Shown: positions 20,157-30,239, counted from the stretch's first letter. The stretch is 64,000 nt of DNA from an uncultured Acidobacteriota bacterium (GCA_963843575.1 CAWJKZ010000014.1:352001-416000); one strand, 5' to 3'. A program made the numbers and translations. Notes: a model not told the origin generated them from the sequence alone.

Positions 20157-20428
20157 TTTTCCTCTCCGAACTTGGCGGCGAACAGACGGCAGATGGCCTC
20201 GCCGGCCTCCACCTCGTCCTCGCCGCTGACGGTGACCACGATGCGGGTCCCCTGCGAGGCGGCGAGCATCAGGATGCCGAGGATGCTTTTCGAGTCGATC
20301 TGTTGCGGTGCCCCCTCCCGGCACAGGTAGATGCTGCTGGCATAGCACGAGGCCAGCCGCACGAGACGGGCGGCGGCGCGCGCGTGCAGCCCCAGCCTGT
20401 TGCCTACCTCCACCGTGTGCCGGATCAT
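20153..20428 (-). CDS. ptsH: Phosphocarrier protein HPr
   Basis: GLHARAA (His15), DSKSILGILML (Ser46). Confidence 0.95.
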   Translation of the reverse strand: MIRHTVEVGNRLGLHARAAARLVRLASCYASSIYLCREGAPQQIDSKSILGILMLAASQGTRIVVTVSGEDEVEAGEAICRLFAAKFGEEN

Positions 20429-20823
20429 GAACCCAGGAACTCGCTTGCCGTGGAAATGCTCGACCGCCCCTGATCGCGCACGGTGCGCGCGAGCGACTCG
20501 AGGCTCTCCCCTTCCTTCTGGCTCGTCAGCTTGATTATCATGGGGAGATTCACGCCGGTCACGACGTCGATCCGCCCCGGGTCGTGGAAGGAAAAAGCGA
20601 TATTGGACGGCGTGCCGCCGAACATGTCCGTCAGGATCAGGACTCCGGAGCCGGACTCCACCTCGGTGATCCGCCTTTCGATGTCCTTCCGAGCGTCGTT
20701 GACGTCGTCGTGCCAGCCTATGGAAACCGCCTGGATGTGGGAGATGTCCCCCACGATCATCTCGGCAGCCGCCACCAGCTCCTGGGCCAGGTGCCCGTGG
20801 CTCACCACCAGTGCGCCGATCAT
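20425..20823 (-). CDS. PTS mannose-class EIIA domain protein
   Basis: ALVVSHG.LA, VLILTDMFGGTPSN, VTGVNLPM. Confidence 0.93.
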   Translation of the reverse strand: MIGALVVSHGHLAQELVAAAEMIVGDISHIQAVSIGWHDDVNDARKDIERRITEVESGSGVLILTDMFGGTPSNIAFSFHDPGRIDVVTGVNLPMIIKLTSQKEGESLESLARTVRDQGRSSISTASEFLGS

Positions 20824-20838
20824 ATGCATCCCCGAAGA

Positions 20839-20869
20839 TTAGGGTCTGTTACTGAATGACAGACCCTTA
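20839..20869. mobile_element. Minimal MITE / IS scar: 10-bp inverted repeats flanked by a TTA duplication
   Basis: TTA-GGGTCTGTTA-CTGAA-TGACAGACCC-TTA (IRs match 9/10). Confidence 0.5.
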
Positions 20870-20879
20870 GGTTCTGCCT

Positions 20880-21743
20880 TCACCGGGATTCGTCGCGGTG
20901 AAGGATCCGGACTGTGGCCTTTTTCAGCTTCATCTGCCTCGCCAGCTCCTCGGCCACGAACACGGAGCGGTGCCGACCCCCGGTGCACCCGATCCCGACC
21001 GTCAGGTAACTTTTGCCTTCACGCACGTAGAACGGAACGAGATACCGCAGGAACGACGCCACGCGGCGCACGAAACCCGCCGTTTCGGGGAACTTGCGCA
21101 TGTAACGCGCCACCTTGCGGTCGCGCCCCGAGAGCGCCCTCAGGCCGCCGACGAAATAGGGGTTGGGCATGAAGCGCACGTCGAACAGCAAGTCGGCCTC
21201 GAGCGGTATCCCGTGCTTGTAGCCGAAGCTCAACAGGGTCACACCGAGACCGGCCGACCGGGGACGGGCGCGAAATTTGCTGGTCACCAGGGCCTTGACC
21301 TGGTGAATCGAGTAATCCGACGTGTCCACGATGACGTCGGCGACGTCGCGAATCTTGCGCAACCGCCTGCGCTCCAGGTGGATGGCGTCGCGAATAGGCC
21401 TTTCGGCGGTCAGCGGATGGGGTCGCCGGGTCTCGCTGAAGCGGCGCACCAGCACGTCGTCGCGCGCTTCGAGGTAGAGCACGAAGATCCGAAAGTCATT
21501 CTCGCGCAGAAGCGCCAGCGTCTTTTCCAGATCGCGCAGCCGCTCCCCCGCCCGGACGTCGATGACCAGCGCCACGCGCTCGACTTCGCCGCCGCTGACG
21601 TGGATTCCCTCGATGAACTTCGGGATGAGCTGCACGGGCAGGTTGTCGATGCAGAAGAATCCCATGTCCTCGAAAGCCTTCAGCACGGTGCCCTTACCCG
21701 AGCCGCTCATTCCCGTGACGACGACCAGGTCCTGCAGACTCAT
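20880..21743 (-). CDS. rapZ: RNase adapter RapZ (YhbJ/YvcJ)
   Basis: VTGMSGSGK, FCIDNLP, RRFSETRRPHP, SFGYKHG, DVRFMPNPY, GCTGGRHRSV. Confidence 0.96.
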   Translation of the reverse strand: MSLQDLVVVTGMSGSGKGTVLKAFEDMGFFCIDNLPVQLIPKFIEGIHVSGGEVERVALVIDVRAGERLRDLEKTLALLRENDFRIFVLYLEARDDVLVRRFSETRRPHPLTAERPIRDAIHLERRRLRKIRDVADVIVDTSDYSIHQVKALVTSKFRARPRSAGLGVTLLSFGYKHGIPLEADLLFDVRFMPNPYFVGGLRALSGRDRKVARYMRKFPETAGFVRRVASFLRYLVPFYVREGKSYLTVGIGCTGGRHRSVFVAEELARQMKLKKATVRILHRDESR

Positions 21744-22729
21744 GACGCTCCGTCCGGCTCCGTGCTGCGGGTTCCCTCCCGGGGGGGCGCATCCCCCGAC
21801 ATTCTCAGCAGCGCCCGCGACGGCTGGTAACCGCGCTGTCGCAGGAGCTGTATCCGGGCCGCGATCTCGACGAGGGTAGCGACGTTTCTCCCGGGCGCAA
21901 CCGGCATCACGATCAGCGGAACCGCAATCCCCAGGAACTCCAGGTGCGATCGATCGAGCCCCAGCCGGTCGTAGTCGGCATCGGGGTGCCATCGCTCCAA
22001 TCGTACGGCAAGGTCAAGAGAATGAGCGGCGCCCGTGGCTGAAATACCGAACAGGTCCTTGATGTCGATCACCCCCAGGCCGCGCAACTCCATGTGATGA
22101 CGGAGCACCGCGCCCGCGCAACCGATGAGACGGTCCGTCCCTCGGCGGATCAACTCGACGGCGTCATCGGCAATCAGCCTGTGTCCCTTGAGAATAAGCT
22201 CGAGCGCACACTCGCTCTTCCCGATGCCCGAGGGCCCGAGCAGGAGCACCCCCAGCTCAAACACCTCGACCAGCACGCCGTGAACCGTGAAGTGCGGAGC
22301 GAGGCGTTCTTCCAGGTACGCGGTGATCCGCGCAACGGCCAGCGAACTCACCACCGCCGTGCGCAGCAGCGCGATCTTCTCCCTTACGCTCAACTCCAGG
22401 AGACCGTGGGGTGCCTCCAACCCCTTCAAGAGCACGATGCAGCAAATCCCCGTCCCCGCGAGGCGTTCGAGCGCGGCCGCGCGCCCCGCCGCGTCGAGCA
22501 TCCGCAGGTAGTTGATTTCGCTGGCACCCATCACCTGCACGCGATCGGGATGGATGTAGCCCGTGAAGCCGGCCAGGGCCAAGCCGAGTTTCTGAATGCG
22601 GGCGGAACGGATTTCCCGGGCCAGGCTCTCCCCGCCGTGCAGTATCTCGAAATCGAGGTGGGTCTCGCTGGCCGACGCGAACTCGCCGACGGCGACGGTT
22701 TCCCCCTCAGGCCGCACAGGATCAGTCAT
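21740..22729 (-). CDS. hprK: HPr kinase/phosphorylase
   Basis: GLALAGF, HGVLV, GPSGIGKSECALEL, LIADD, ELRGLGVID, VAPGRN. Confidence 0.96.
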   Translation of the reverse strand: MTDPVRPEGETVAVGEFASASETHLDFEILHGGESLAREIRSARIQKLGLALAGFTGYIHPDRVQVMGASEINYLRMLDAAGRAAALERLAGTGICCIVLLKGLEAPHGLLELSVREKIALLRTAVVSSLAVARITAYLEERLAPHFTVHGVLVEVFELGVLLLGPSGIGKSECALELILKGHRLIADDAVELIRRGTDRLIGCAGAVLRHHMELRGLGVIDIKDLFGISATGAAHSLDLAVRLERWHPDADYDRLGLDRSHLEFLGIAVPLIVMPVAPGRNVATLVEIAARIQLLRQRGYQPSRALLRMSGDAPPREGTRSTEPDGAS

Positions 22730-22781
22730 AGCCGTGGCCGGCTTGCGCGCGCCGGCCCCCAATGTCGAGACTGGGAAGCGG

Positions 22782-23318
22782 TCAGGCGTGAATCAGGCCC
22801 AGAGACCCGTCCTTGCGCCGGTAAAGCACGTTGACGTCCCCGGACTCGACGTTGCGGAAGACCACGAAAGGGTAATCCGAGTGGCCGAGTTCCAGGACGG
22901 CCTCTTCGACGGCCATCGGCTTCTTGTGGGCCTCCTCGTCGAGGATGCCGCCGCCGCGCCGGGCCGAGGTGCGTTTCGCCGCCGTTGTCCCCGACTTTTC
23001 GGCCACGGACTTTGCCTTAGCCCTCTGCCTGTTGGTCTCTATCCTCTTGCTCTTGTGTTTCAGGGTCTGGCGCTGCAGCTTTTCGATGGCCCTGAGAATC
23101 GAGGCGTACATGTCGTCGGTTTCGCCCTTGCAGGTCAGGTCCAGCAGCTTGGACTTGAGCAGGAGCTCCGCTGTGTGGCGGTCCTTCTCCACACCGATGA
23201 TGACGTGAAAGCTGGCATCCTCCCCCACAATCCGGCCAAATTTCCGGATTCGCTTCAGCACATAAGATCGGATTGCCGGAGTGATGACGACGTGCCTGCC
23301 CGTGATCTCCACGTTCAT
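22782..23318 (-). CDS. hpf: Long-type ribosome hibernation promoting factor
   Basis: MNVEITGRH...DMYASI...KPMAVEEA...VNVLYRRKDG. Confidence 0.93.
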   Translation of the reverse strand: MNVEITGRHVVITPAIRSYVLKRIRKFGRIVGEDASFHVIIGVEKDRHTAELLLKSKLLDLTCKGETDDMYASILRAIEKLQRQTLKHKSKRIETNRQRAKAKSVAEKSGTTAAKRTSARRGGGILDEEAHKKPMAVEEAVLELGHSDYPFVVFRNVESGDVNVLYRRKDGSLGLIHA

Positions 23319-23405
23319 CGTGCTGTTCCCTCTGAAAAGGATCGGGTGCTTGTCCGCGCCCCGGGATTTCGTGCAGCGGCGGGCGCCCGGTTCTTCCGGG
23401 CCACG

Positions 23406-24863
23406 TCAGAACAGATAACCTATCTTCCGCTCTCGCGAACCAGGTATCTGCATTTGTTCCCGGTATTTAGCGACGGTGCGTCGAGTGATATACATGTTTT
23501 CGCGCCGGAGCAATTGCCCGATCTGATTATCCGAGTACGGCTTGGCCTTGTGCTCGTTTTCAATGAGCTTCCTGATCTTCAGCTTTACCTGGACAATCGA
23601 GAGTTCCTCGCCATCGGGGCTCTCGACCCCCATCGTGAAGAACTTCCGCAGTTCCATGACCCCTTGCGGCGTGTCCACATACTTGTTTGTCACCACGCGG
23701 CTGATGGTAGAGCTGTGAACACCGAGTTCGCTGGCGACATCCTTGATGAGCATCGGGTGCAGGGCCGACGGCCCCTGCTCGAGGAATTCCCTCTGCCGGT
23801 TCACGATGCAGGCACAGACCTTGTAGATCGTCTGCTTGCGCTGGTTGACGCTGCGCAGCAGGTCGACCGCCGAGCGGAACTTCTCCCGCAGAAAGGTCTT
23901 GGTCTCTCCGGAAACTCCGTTGCTTTTCAGCAGCTCCTTGTATCCGGCGTTGAGGCGGAGCTGAGGCATGCCCTCGTCGTTCTGAAGAATCACGAACTCG
24001 TCGCCCACCTTGGCGATGGTGACCTCGGGCTGCACGTAGGTGGCCTTCTGGCCGTTGTACTTCTGGCCCGGCTTCGGGATCAGATGCTTGATGACGTCGA
24101 CGGCCTTGAGCACATCGTCGAAGGTCGAGCCGGTCTTGGCGGCAATTTCCTTGAACTTGTGATTCTCGAGCAGCGCCAGATGCTCCCGGACAATGGCGCC
24201 GGCCAGGGAGTCCTGCAATCCCATGCTCTCCAGCTGCAGCAGCAGGCACTCCCGCAGGTCCCGGGCGGCGATGCCGATGGGGTCGAGGGCCTGGACAGCC
24301 TTCAGCGCGGCTTCGGCCTCTTCGGGCGTGCACCCGGTCAGGCCGCACAGTTCATCGAGGGTCAGCAGCAGATAGCCGTCATCGTTGATGTTGCCGATGA
24401 TCTCCCCGGCGATTTCAACGATCCTGGGCGTAGCGTCCGACAGGCCCAGCTGCCATTCGAGGTGGTCCTGCAAGGAGGGCGGTCGAACCAGGAACGTCTC
24501 GAAGGAGGGTCGTTCCGAGTCTTCGACCTCACGGTTCTTATACCCGGTGTCGAGATATTCATCAAAAAAGTATCGGAAATCGATTTCATCAAACGAGTCG
24601 CGCTCCCCGGTTTCGGCGGCTTCGGTGCGGGGCGGTTCCTCGGCGGGCCGTTCCTCGGTGACCCCGGCCTCCTTGGGCACTTCCGTTTCCACAACCTCTT
24701 CCAGGATAGGGTTTTCCATCAATTCCTGGTTGAGCATCTCCTGCAATTCCAGTTTGTTCAATTGCAGCAGCTCGATCTTCTGGAGCAGGGACGGGGTCAG
24801 AGCGAGCCTCTGGCTGAGCCTGATGTCCAGAGATTGCCGCAAGTGTTGTCTGCGAGTGTTCAT
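23406..24863 (-). CDS. rpoN: RNA polymerase sigma-54
   Basis: Q/L-rich region I, ENPILE, ARDLRECLLLQL, HSSTISRV, RpoN box RRTVAKYRE. Confidence 0.97.
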   Translation of the reverse strand: MNTRRQHLRQSLDIRLSQRLALTPSLLQKIELLQLNKLELQEMLNQELMENPILEEVVETEVPKEAGVTEERPAEEPPRTEAAETGERDSFDEIDFRYFFDEYLDTGYKNREVEDSERPSFETFLVRPPSLQDHLEWQLGLSDATPRIVEIAGEIIGNINDDGYLLLTLDELCGLTGCTPEEAEAALKAVQALDPIGIAARDLRECLLLQLESMGLQDSLAGAIVREHLALLENHKFKEIAAKTGSTFDDVLKAVDVIKHLIPKPGQKYNGQKATYVQPEVTIAKVGDEFVILQNDEGMPQLRLNAGYKELLKSNGVSGETKTFLREKFRSAVDLLRSVNQRKQTIYKVCACIVNRQREFLEQGPSALHPMLIKDVASELGVHSSTISRVVTNKYVDTPQGVMELRKFFTMGVESPDGEELSIVQVKLKIRKLIENEHKAKPYSDNQIGQLLRRENMYITRRTVAKYREQMQIPGSRERKIGYLF

Positions 24864-24867
24864 ACCG

Positions 24868-25596
24868 TCAGATCAATCTGAAATTCTCGCCGAGATAGAC
24901 CTTCTTAACCTCTTCGTCGCTCGTCAGTTCCTCCGGAGAACCATCGCGTAAGATCTTACCGTCGTTTATTATATAGGCACGGTCGGTGATATTCAAAGTC
25001 TCCCTGACGTTGTGGTCTGTGATGAGAATCCCGATGTTCCGAGCCTTGAGGCGCCCGATGATCCTCTGGATGTCGAGCACCGCAAGCGGGTCGATACCGG
25101 CAAACGGTTCGTCGAGGAGGACGAACTTGGGGGTCAGAACCAGTGCCCGGGCGATTTCCAGCCGGCGCCGCTCGCCCCCTGATAGCGTATAGGCACCCTG
25201 CCCGCGCAAGTGTTCGATGCCAAACTCCTTGAGAAGATCCGTCACGCCTATCTGGAGTTTTTGCGGTGTTCCCGGGAGTGTTTCCGCTATGCTGCGGAGG
25301 TTTTCATCAACTGTGAGCTTTCTGAAGACCGAGGGTTCCTGCGGAAGGTAACTGATGCCGCAGCGGGCCCGCTGATACATCGGCACCGACGTGATGTCGT
25401 CGCCGTTGAAGATCACCTGACCGCTGTCGGGGGCGATGAGCCCAACAATCATGTAGAACGTCGTGGTCTTGCCCGCGCCGTTCGGACCGAGCAGCCCAAC
25501 CACCTCACCCTGGAGCAGTTCCAGATTTACCTCATCCACCACCCTTCTGCCCCGATAGGACTTGCTCAGTCCACGGGTCTTCAATTTGCTTGTCAT
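24868..25596 (-). CDS. lptB: LPS export ABC ATPase
   Basis: [68 protein letters not shown]. Confidence 0.97.
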   Translation of the reverse strand: MTSKLKTRGLSKSYRGRRVVDEVNLELLQGEVVGLLGPNGAGKTTTFYMIVGLIAPDSGQVIFNGDDITSVPMYQRARCGISYLPQEPSVFRKLTVDENLRSIAETLPGTPQKLQIGVTDLLKEFGIEHLRGQGAYTLSGGERRRLEIARALVLTPKFVLLDEPFAGIDPLAVLDIQRIIGRLKARNIGILITDHNVRETLNITDRAYIINDGKILRDGSPEELTSDEEVKKVYLGENFRLI

Positions 25597-25636
25597 TTAG
25601 AAATAATTCATAATAAATAACATAAGTCGCTGAATT

Positions 25637-28123
25637 TCAACGGTTTTCGAGGAGAATCCTATCATCCGAGGTAAAGAAAGTCAATCGACGCGCCTGCGAC
25701 TTTCCTCGGGCGGGATCGCGGATTTCGGCAAGGTTGCCCGTGACCACGAATTTTCCCGGCGCAAGGTAGTATTCACCCTGATCGCCCTTGGCCTCCCGTC
25801 CGGCCTGCAGGATGTTCAGCTTCCCCCGCGCGGTCGCCCGTTCGATCCGCCTCCCTTCGGCGTCGAAGGCGGCGTCCAAGCTGTCGGAGGAAAGGCGGAG
25901 GTCCTCGGACTCGAGCGTGACTTCTCCCGAGTAGTGGATCGTGTTTTCTTTCTTGGCGTATTTGAGCTGCGCGGCGCGGATGAGCATGGGCTTCGACTCT
26001 CTTCCTTCGGCGCGCGGCGGCGGGTTCTTTCCGGCGGAGTTCGCCGTTCCCCGGCGGACGACAAGGTGTCGGACCTGTCCCTGGGCTTCGACCTGGTCGC
26101 CGGAGTCCCTGATCTCGAGGGTCTCTGCCTGAAGCTGGCTGCTTTCCGACAGCATCTGGACGGAACCGGCGTATCGGGCGCGTGAGTCGGCGGTCCAGTA
26201 CTGCATGTGTTCGGCCGTAACGACGCTGGGGGCGGAACCAGCCGTGGTCGCTCCGAAGGGCGTGTTCTGCCCGGCGCCCCTGGTCCCGAGAACGGATCGG
26301 ACGCGGCGTTTCACCGTCAGGATTTTGCCTCTCTCGTCATACTCGATCGTCTCGCCGGTCGTCGTGCTGCCGGCATCGACGATCCGGGGCGACTCCCGCA
26401 GCAGCAGGGCGCCGGTGCGGGCATCGTAGTCACCGCGGCCAGCGGTTGCCGACCTCGCGCCGTCCTGGTAGCTGAAGGCCCCCCATTGTGCCAGGGACTC
26501 GGCGCTGCCGTCTTGCGGGGCAAAGGTCGCTTTGATGTTGGCGCTGGACGTTTGGATGTCCTGGGCGGGGGCTTCCTGGGCGGGATCGGGCGGCCTCCGG
26601 TAGAAGACGCGCACGTTGCCTGCCCCGGTGAACTCGCGCAGGCGGTTTACGCCCGGGAAAAACAGGAAGTGCACGGTGTCGGCATGCAAACGACGAAATT
26701 CGGTCCGGTCGGCCTGTGCCGCCTGCAGCCCTTCCAGCACCACGTTCCCGGTGGCGTCCCCCGACTCCAAGGCTATTCCGGATTCCGCATAGCGCAGCAC
26801 CAGTCCCGAAGCCGTGAGACTCCGTCCAGCCTGGGTCTGCTTCCCTTTCTGGTCCGTCACGGGCGCCGACGTCCACTGGACGCTCCCTTGCGCATCAAGT
26901 TGCCGAGGGACGTTGCGCTGTTCGTAGGTGCCGAACCGGAGCCGCAGGTCGTCTGCCCTCAACTCGTCGGAGGTCCCCTGTTGCGCGCCCCGTGTCGACA
27001 TGCGGGCCCCTCCCCAGACATGGACCTGCTCGAGGAGGTTTCCCCCGGGGACGAAACCGGATTCGAGCCGGTTTCCCGACACGCTCGTCGACTCCGCCCC
27101 CCGGGTCAGCGTGAACTCGACGCCAGCGCTGCTGTCTATCTTGAGGGGCAGACCCCGCTCCACGTCCATCTGCACGTGGATTTCACCCCCCTGGAGTTGC
27201 TGCCGGCCGGAGTCGGAATCGGAGGAGAACCGCGCGTTCCCGAACACATCGATGCGCTCGAGGGCTCCGGGCGGATCCACGATTCTGAAATCGATGCGGT
27301 CGCCCTGGAGGAGGCGGCGGTCGGCGTCGTTCTTCGATTCGTAGGAGGCGTTGCCTTGGGACATGAGCGACGTGAGACGTTTGCGGTCGGCCGTGAAGCG
27401 TGCCTCGATGTCGTCGCCGGAGAGCGACGAGGTCTCTGAATCGAGATGCGACCGCCCGCGGAAAACGATCAGCAGGTCCGATTCGGAGTAGTACCCGGCG
27501 TCGGACGTCACGTGCACGTTTTCGACCGCATGGGTGCCATCCGGACGGGCGATGGGCCGCTGCAGTACGAAATCCAGGTCTCCCTTCAGGTCGAGTATCC
27601 GGCGCGTGCTGTCGTAGCGCGCCGATTGAGCTCGTCCCCTTGCCTGCTCCGACTCGAACAGCAATCCGTCATTGGTCTCGCCGATGTTGTTCGGCATATC
27701 GTAAAGAAGCGTTTCCGTCCTGAGCACCACGCCGGTGCCGACGGCGATCCTGACGTCGTGCTGAAAACGGGCCCTGCGCCCCTCGCGGTCGTACTCGGCA
27801 TTGCGGCTGCGGATCTGGTTCCGAACCGATCCGTCCGGGTTGAAGTCGAACGCCTCGATCCCTTGCAGCAGGCTTTTGCCCTGACGCGTTTCGAGCAGTT
27901 TCTCGGCGCGCAGCCTGAAGCGTGTGACGCCGTTTTCGTTCTCCGAGTATTCGATGGAATCCGCGGACCGGATCATCTCTGAGCTGAGGATCTGGGCCGT
28001 CCGCTGGACCATGCGCGCGCGCGCGCGCCAAGTCTGCACCCAGTTGATCGCAACCGCCACGAGGACCACGGCAATCAGGGCGATCAGGGAGCGGCGAAGC
28101 AGTTTTATGCCGGTGAGGTGCAA
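25637..28123 (-). CDS. Very long LptC/LptA(OstA)-like periplasmic LPS transport protein
   Basis: 828 aa; N-terminal TM helix, repetitive beta-rich segments, LptA-like C-terminus (..YSGEVTL...ATARGKL...KFVVTGN); directly upstream of lptB. Confidence 0.75.
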   Translation of the reverse strand: MHLTGIKLLRRSLIALIAVVLVAVAINWVQTWRARARMVQRTAQILSSEMIRSADSIEYSENENGVTRFRLRAEKLLETRQGKSLLQGIEAFDFNPDGSVRNQIRSRNAEYDREGRRARFQHDVRIAVGTGVVLRTETLLYDMPNNIGETNDGLLFESEQARGRAQSARYDSTRRILDLKGDLDFVLQRPIARPDGTHAVENVHVTSDAGYYSESDLLIVFRGRSHLDSETSSLSGDDIEARFTADRKRLTSLMSQGNASYESKNDADRRLLQGDRIDFRIVDPPGALERIDVFGNARFSSDSDSGRQQLQGGEIHVQMDVERGLPLKIDSSAGVEFTLTRGAESTSVSGNRLESGFVPGGNLLEQVHVWGGARMSTRGAQQGTSDELRADDLRLRFGTYEQRNVPRQLDAQGSVQWTSAPVTDQKGKQTQAGRSLTASGLVLRYAESGIALESGDATGNVVLEGLQAAQADRTEFRRLHADTVHFLFFPGVNRLREFTGAGNVRVFYRRPPDPAQEAPAQDIQTSSANIKATFAPQDGSAESLAQWGAFSYQDGARSATAGRGDYDARTGALLLRESPRIVDAGSTTTGETIEYDERGKILTVKRRVRSVLGTRGAGQNTPFGATTAGSAPSVVTAEHMQYWTADSRARYAGSVQMLSESSQLQAETLEIRDSGDQVEAQGQVRHLVVRRGTANSAGKNPPPRAEGRESKPMLIRAAQLKYAKKENTIHYSGEVTLESEDLRLSSDSLDAAFDAEGRRIERATARGKLNILQAGREAKGDQGEYYLAPGKFVVTGNLAEIRDPARGKSQARRLTFFTSDDRILLENR

Positions 28124-28300
28124 GCCATCTCCTGTGCGTTTTAGCCAAAAGCGAAGTATAGGGGTCCGCAGCGGAGCGAGTCAACGAAGGGCGGGGTCAC
28201 CGGAGAGGCCGCGGCGCACCGTTCGCTTTCGCCGGCGCGGAGCCGCGGGCACGGCGCTCATCGATCAGGTCCTTCCGGGCGGCCTTCCCGGCATGGCAGG

Positions 28301-29032
28301 TTACTTCGGCAGGGACCGCGCATAATAGTTGAGCGGCGTGACCTGTCTGGAGGGAACCTTGACCTGCCAGATATAGGGCACGTCTGCCTTGTCGGCAACC
28401 TGCGTGAACGTGAGCCGAACGAGAAAAGTCTCCTCGTCCGTTCTGGCTGCCGCCCATTCTTTGAACCGCAGTGCCGGATCCTTCCCCTGGATCATGCCCG
28501 CCACGGTTTCGCTCAACTGCACCAGCAGGTCGAAAGCCTCCCGCTCGATCTTGCCCTGGCGGTAGACGGGTTCCGCATCCGCCGCGCTCCCCCGGTCTTC
28601 CCCGGACGAATCGGAACCCGCAGGCGCCGCACCTGTTTGAGGCAAGGTCACCACGGGGGGCCGAGCCCCGGTTCCGTAGACCCGGTCGGCCGAGGGGATG
28701 AAGTAGGGTGCGGCGTTCGCACGGGGCAACACGGGGATTTCGTACTCCTTGGGAAACTCGCTCGTGTTTTCGCCTACACGGGCCATCAGGGGGGGAGGCC
28801 CCTGGCCTGGCCGGAGCGCGTCTTCCAAGACCTGCACCCGGGTCGACAGGCGCTGCCTGAGCGCCGGAACCCCAACTATCGGCAGCCCGGCCGCCGCGAC
28901 AAAGACCAGCAGCCCCAGGTAAAACCAATACCTGAAGCGCTCCGCCCGAGCCTGGCGGCGACTCAAGAACAAAGGGCGCGAGCGCAGGCCGAACGCCTGC
29001 GACTTCAGATCCTCGTTGTCCCTGTCGGCCAT
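28301..29032 (-). CDS. Hypothetical bitopic membrane protein
   Basis: 243-aa ORF with RBS GGAGG directly after prfB; one TM (YWFYLGLLVFVAAAGLPIV), Pro-rich linker. Confidence 0.65.
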   Translation of the reverse strand: MADRDNEDLKSQAFGLRSRPLFLSRRQARAERFRYWFYLGLLVFVAAAGLPIVGVPALRQRLSTRVQVLEDALRPGQGPPPLMARVGENTSEFPKEYEIPVLPRANAAPYFIPSADRVYGTGARPPVVTLPQTGAAPAGSDSSGEDRGSAADAEPVYRQGKIEREAFDLLVQLSETVAGMIQGKDPALRFKEWAAARTDEETFLVRLTFTQVADKADVPYIWQVKVPSRQVTPLNYYARSLPK

Positions 29033-29043
29033 GGACCCTCCCC

Positions 29044-30160
29044 CTATTTTGCCGCCAAATCGCGCTTTCGGCCTTCGCGGTAGACCAGGTACTGGTAAAT
29101 GAAGCCGTCGATGTCGCCGTCGAGCACGCGATCGGTGTCCGAGCTCTCGTACTTGGTGCGATGGTCCTTCACCATCCGATACGGGTGAAGTACGTAGGAC
29201 CGGATCTGGCTCCCCCAGGCGATGTCCAGCTTCGAATCCTCCACCGCCTGAAGTTCCTTGCGCTTCTTCTCGAGTTCCAGATCATAGATTCTGGCCCGGA
29301 GAATCTTCCGGGCCATCTCCCGGTTCCGGATCTGCGAGCGCTCGTTCTGGCAGGAAACCACGATCCCTGTAGGGAGGTGGGTGATGCGGACAGCCGAATC
29401 GGTGACATTCACGTGCTGCCCCCCCGCCCCGGAAGACCTGTAGGTGTCGATGCGCAGGTCCTTCTCCTCAATCTTGACCTCGATCTCATCGTCGATGTCG
29501 GGGTAGACGAAAACCGAGGCGAAGCTCGTGTGACGGCGCGCGGCGGCGTCGAAGGGCGAGATCCGGACCAGGCGGTGCACTCCGATTTCGGCCGACAGGT
29601 TCCCGAAGGCGAACTCCCCCTTGACCAGGAAAGTCGCCGACTTGATCCCCGCCTCTTCCCCCTGCTGATAGTCCAGCGTTTCGGTGGCGTAGCCCGAGCG
29701 CTCGGCCCAGCGCAGGTACATGCGGACGAGCATCTCCGCCCAGTCCTGGGACTCTGTCCCCCCCGCCCCCGGGTGGATGGTCACGATCGCATCGGCGCGA
29801 TCGTGCGGGCCCGACAGGAGCATCCGGATCTCGGTGTGCTGGACTTCGTGATCCAGGCGTTCCACTTCGCTCCGGAGATCGGGGAGGACATCCTCCCCCT
29901 CCGAAGCCAGCTCGAGCAGCGCCTTGAGGTCCGCTGCGTCCCGCGCCAGCCCGGCATCCAACTCCACGTCCACCTCGAGCCGCCGGCGAGCCTGCATCGT
30001 GACCTGCGCGGTCTCCTGGTTGCTCCAGAACTCCGGATGAGCTACCTTCTTTTCGAGTTCGGCAAGCTCCGCGCGCTTCCGATCCGCGTCAAAGATAACC
30101 CCGTATCTGACCGATCTTCTCTTCTATGGCGGCAGCCTTGTCGCGCAGCTCTTCCAACAT
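29044..30160 (-). CDS. prfB: Peptide chain release factor 2 with programmed +1 frameshift
   Basis: MLEELRDK...IRGYL then CTT TGA C at 30094-30088; main frame has GAGGTESQDW, SPF, GGQ, RSQIRNR, WGSQIRSY. Confidence 0.97.
30088..30102 (-). promoter_or_regulatory. prfB programmed frameshift cassette
   Basis: GGGGT-TAT-CTT-TGA-C: internal SD-like sequence, slippery CTT-T and UGA stop. Confidence 0.93.
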
Positions 30161-30239
30161 GCCCATTCCTCTTTCTGGGTTGCCGTGTACCAGTGTTGTT
30201 TCCCGCGTCGTGAAAGGAGGGGCCGGGATTCCCCTGGGC

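Noticed and set aside
25597-25636. AT-rich patch between the lptC/A gene and lptB as a foreign-DNA boundary
   Set aside because: Only about 40 nt between conserved syntenic genes; more likely a translation-initiation region
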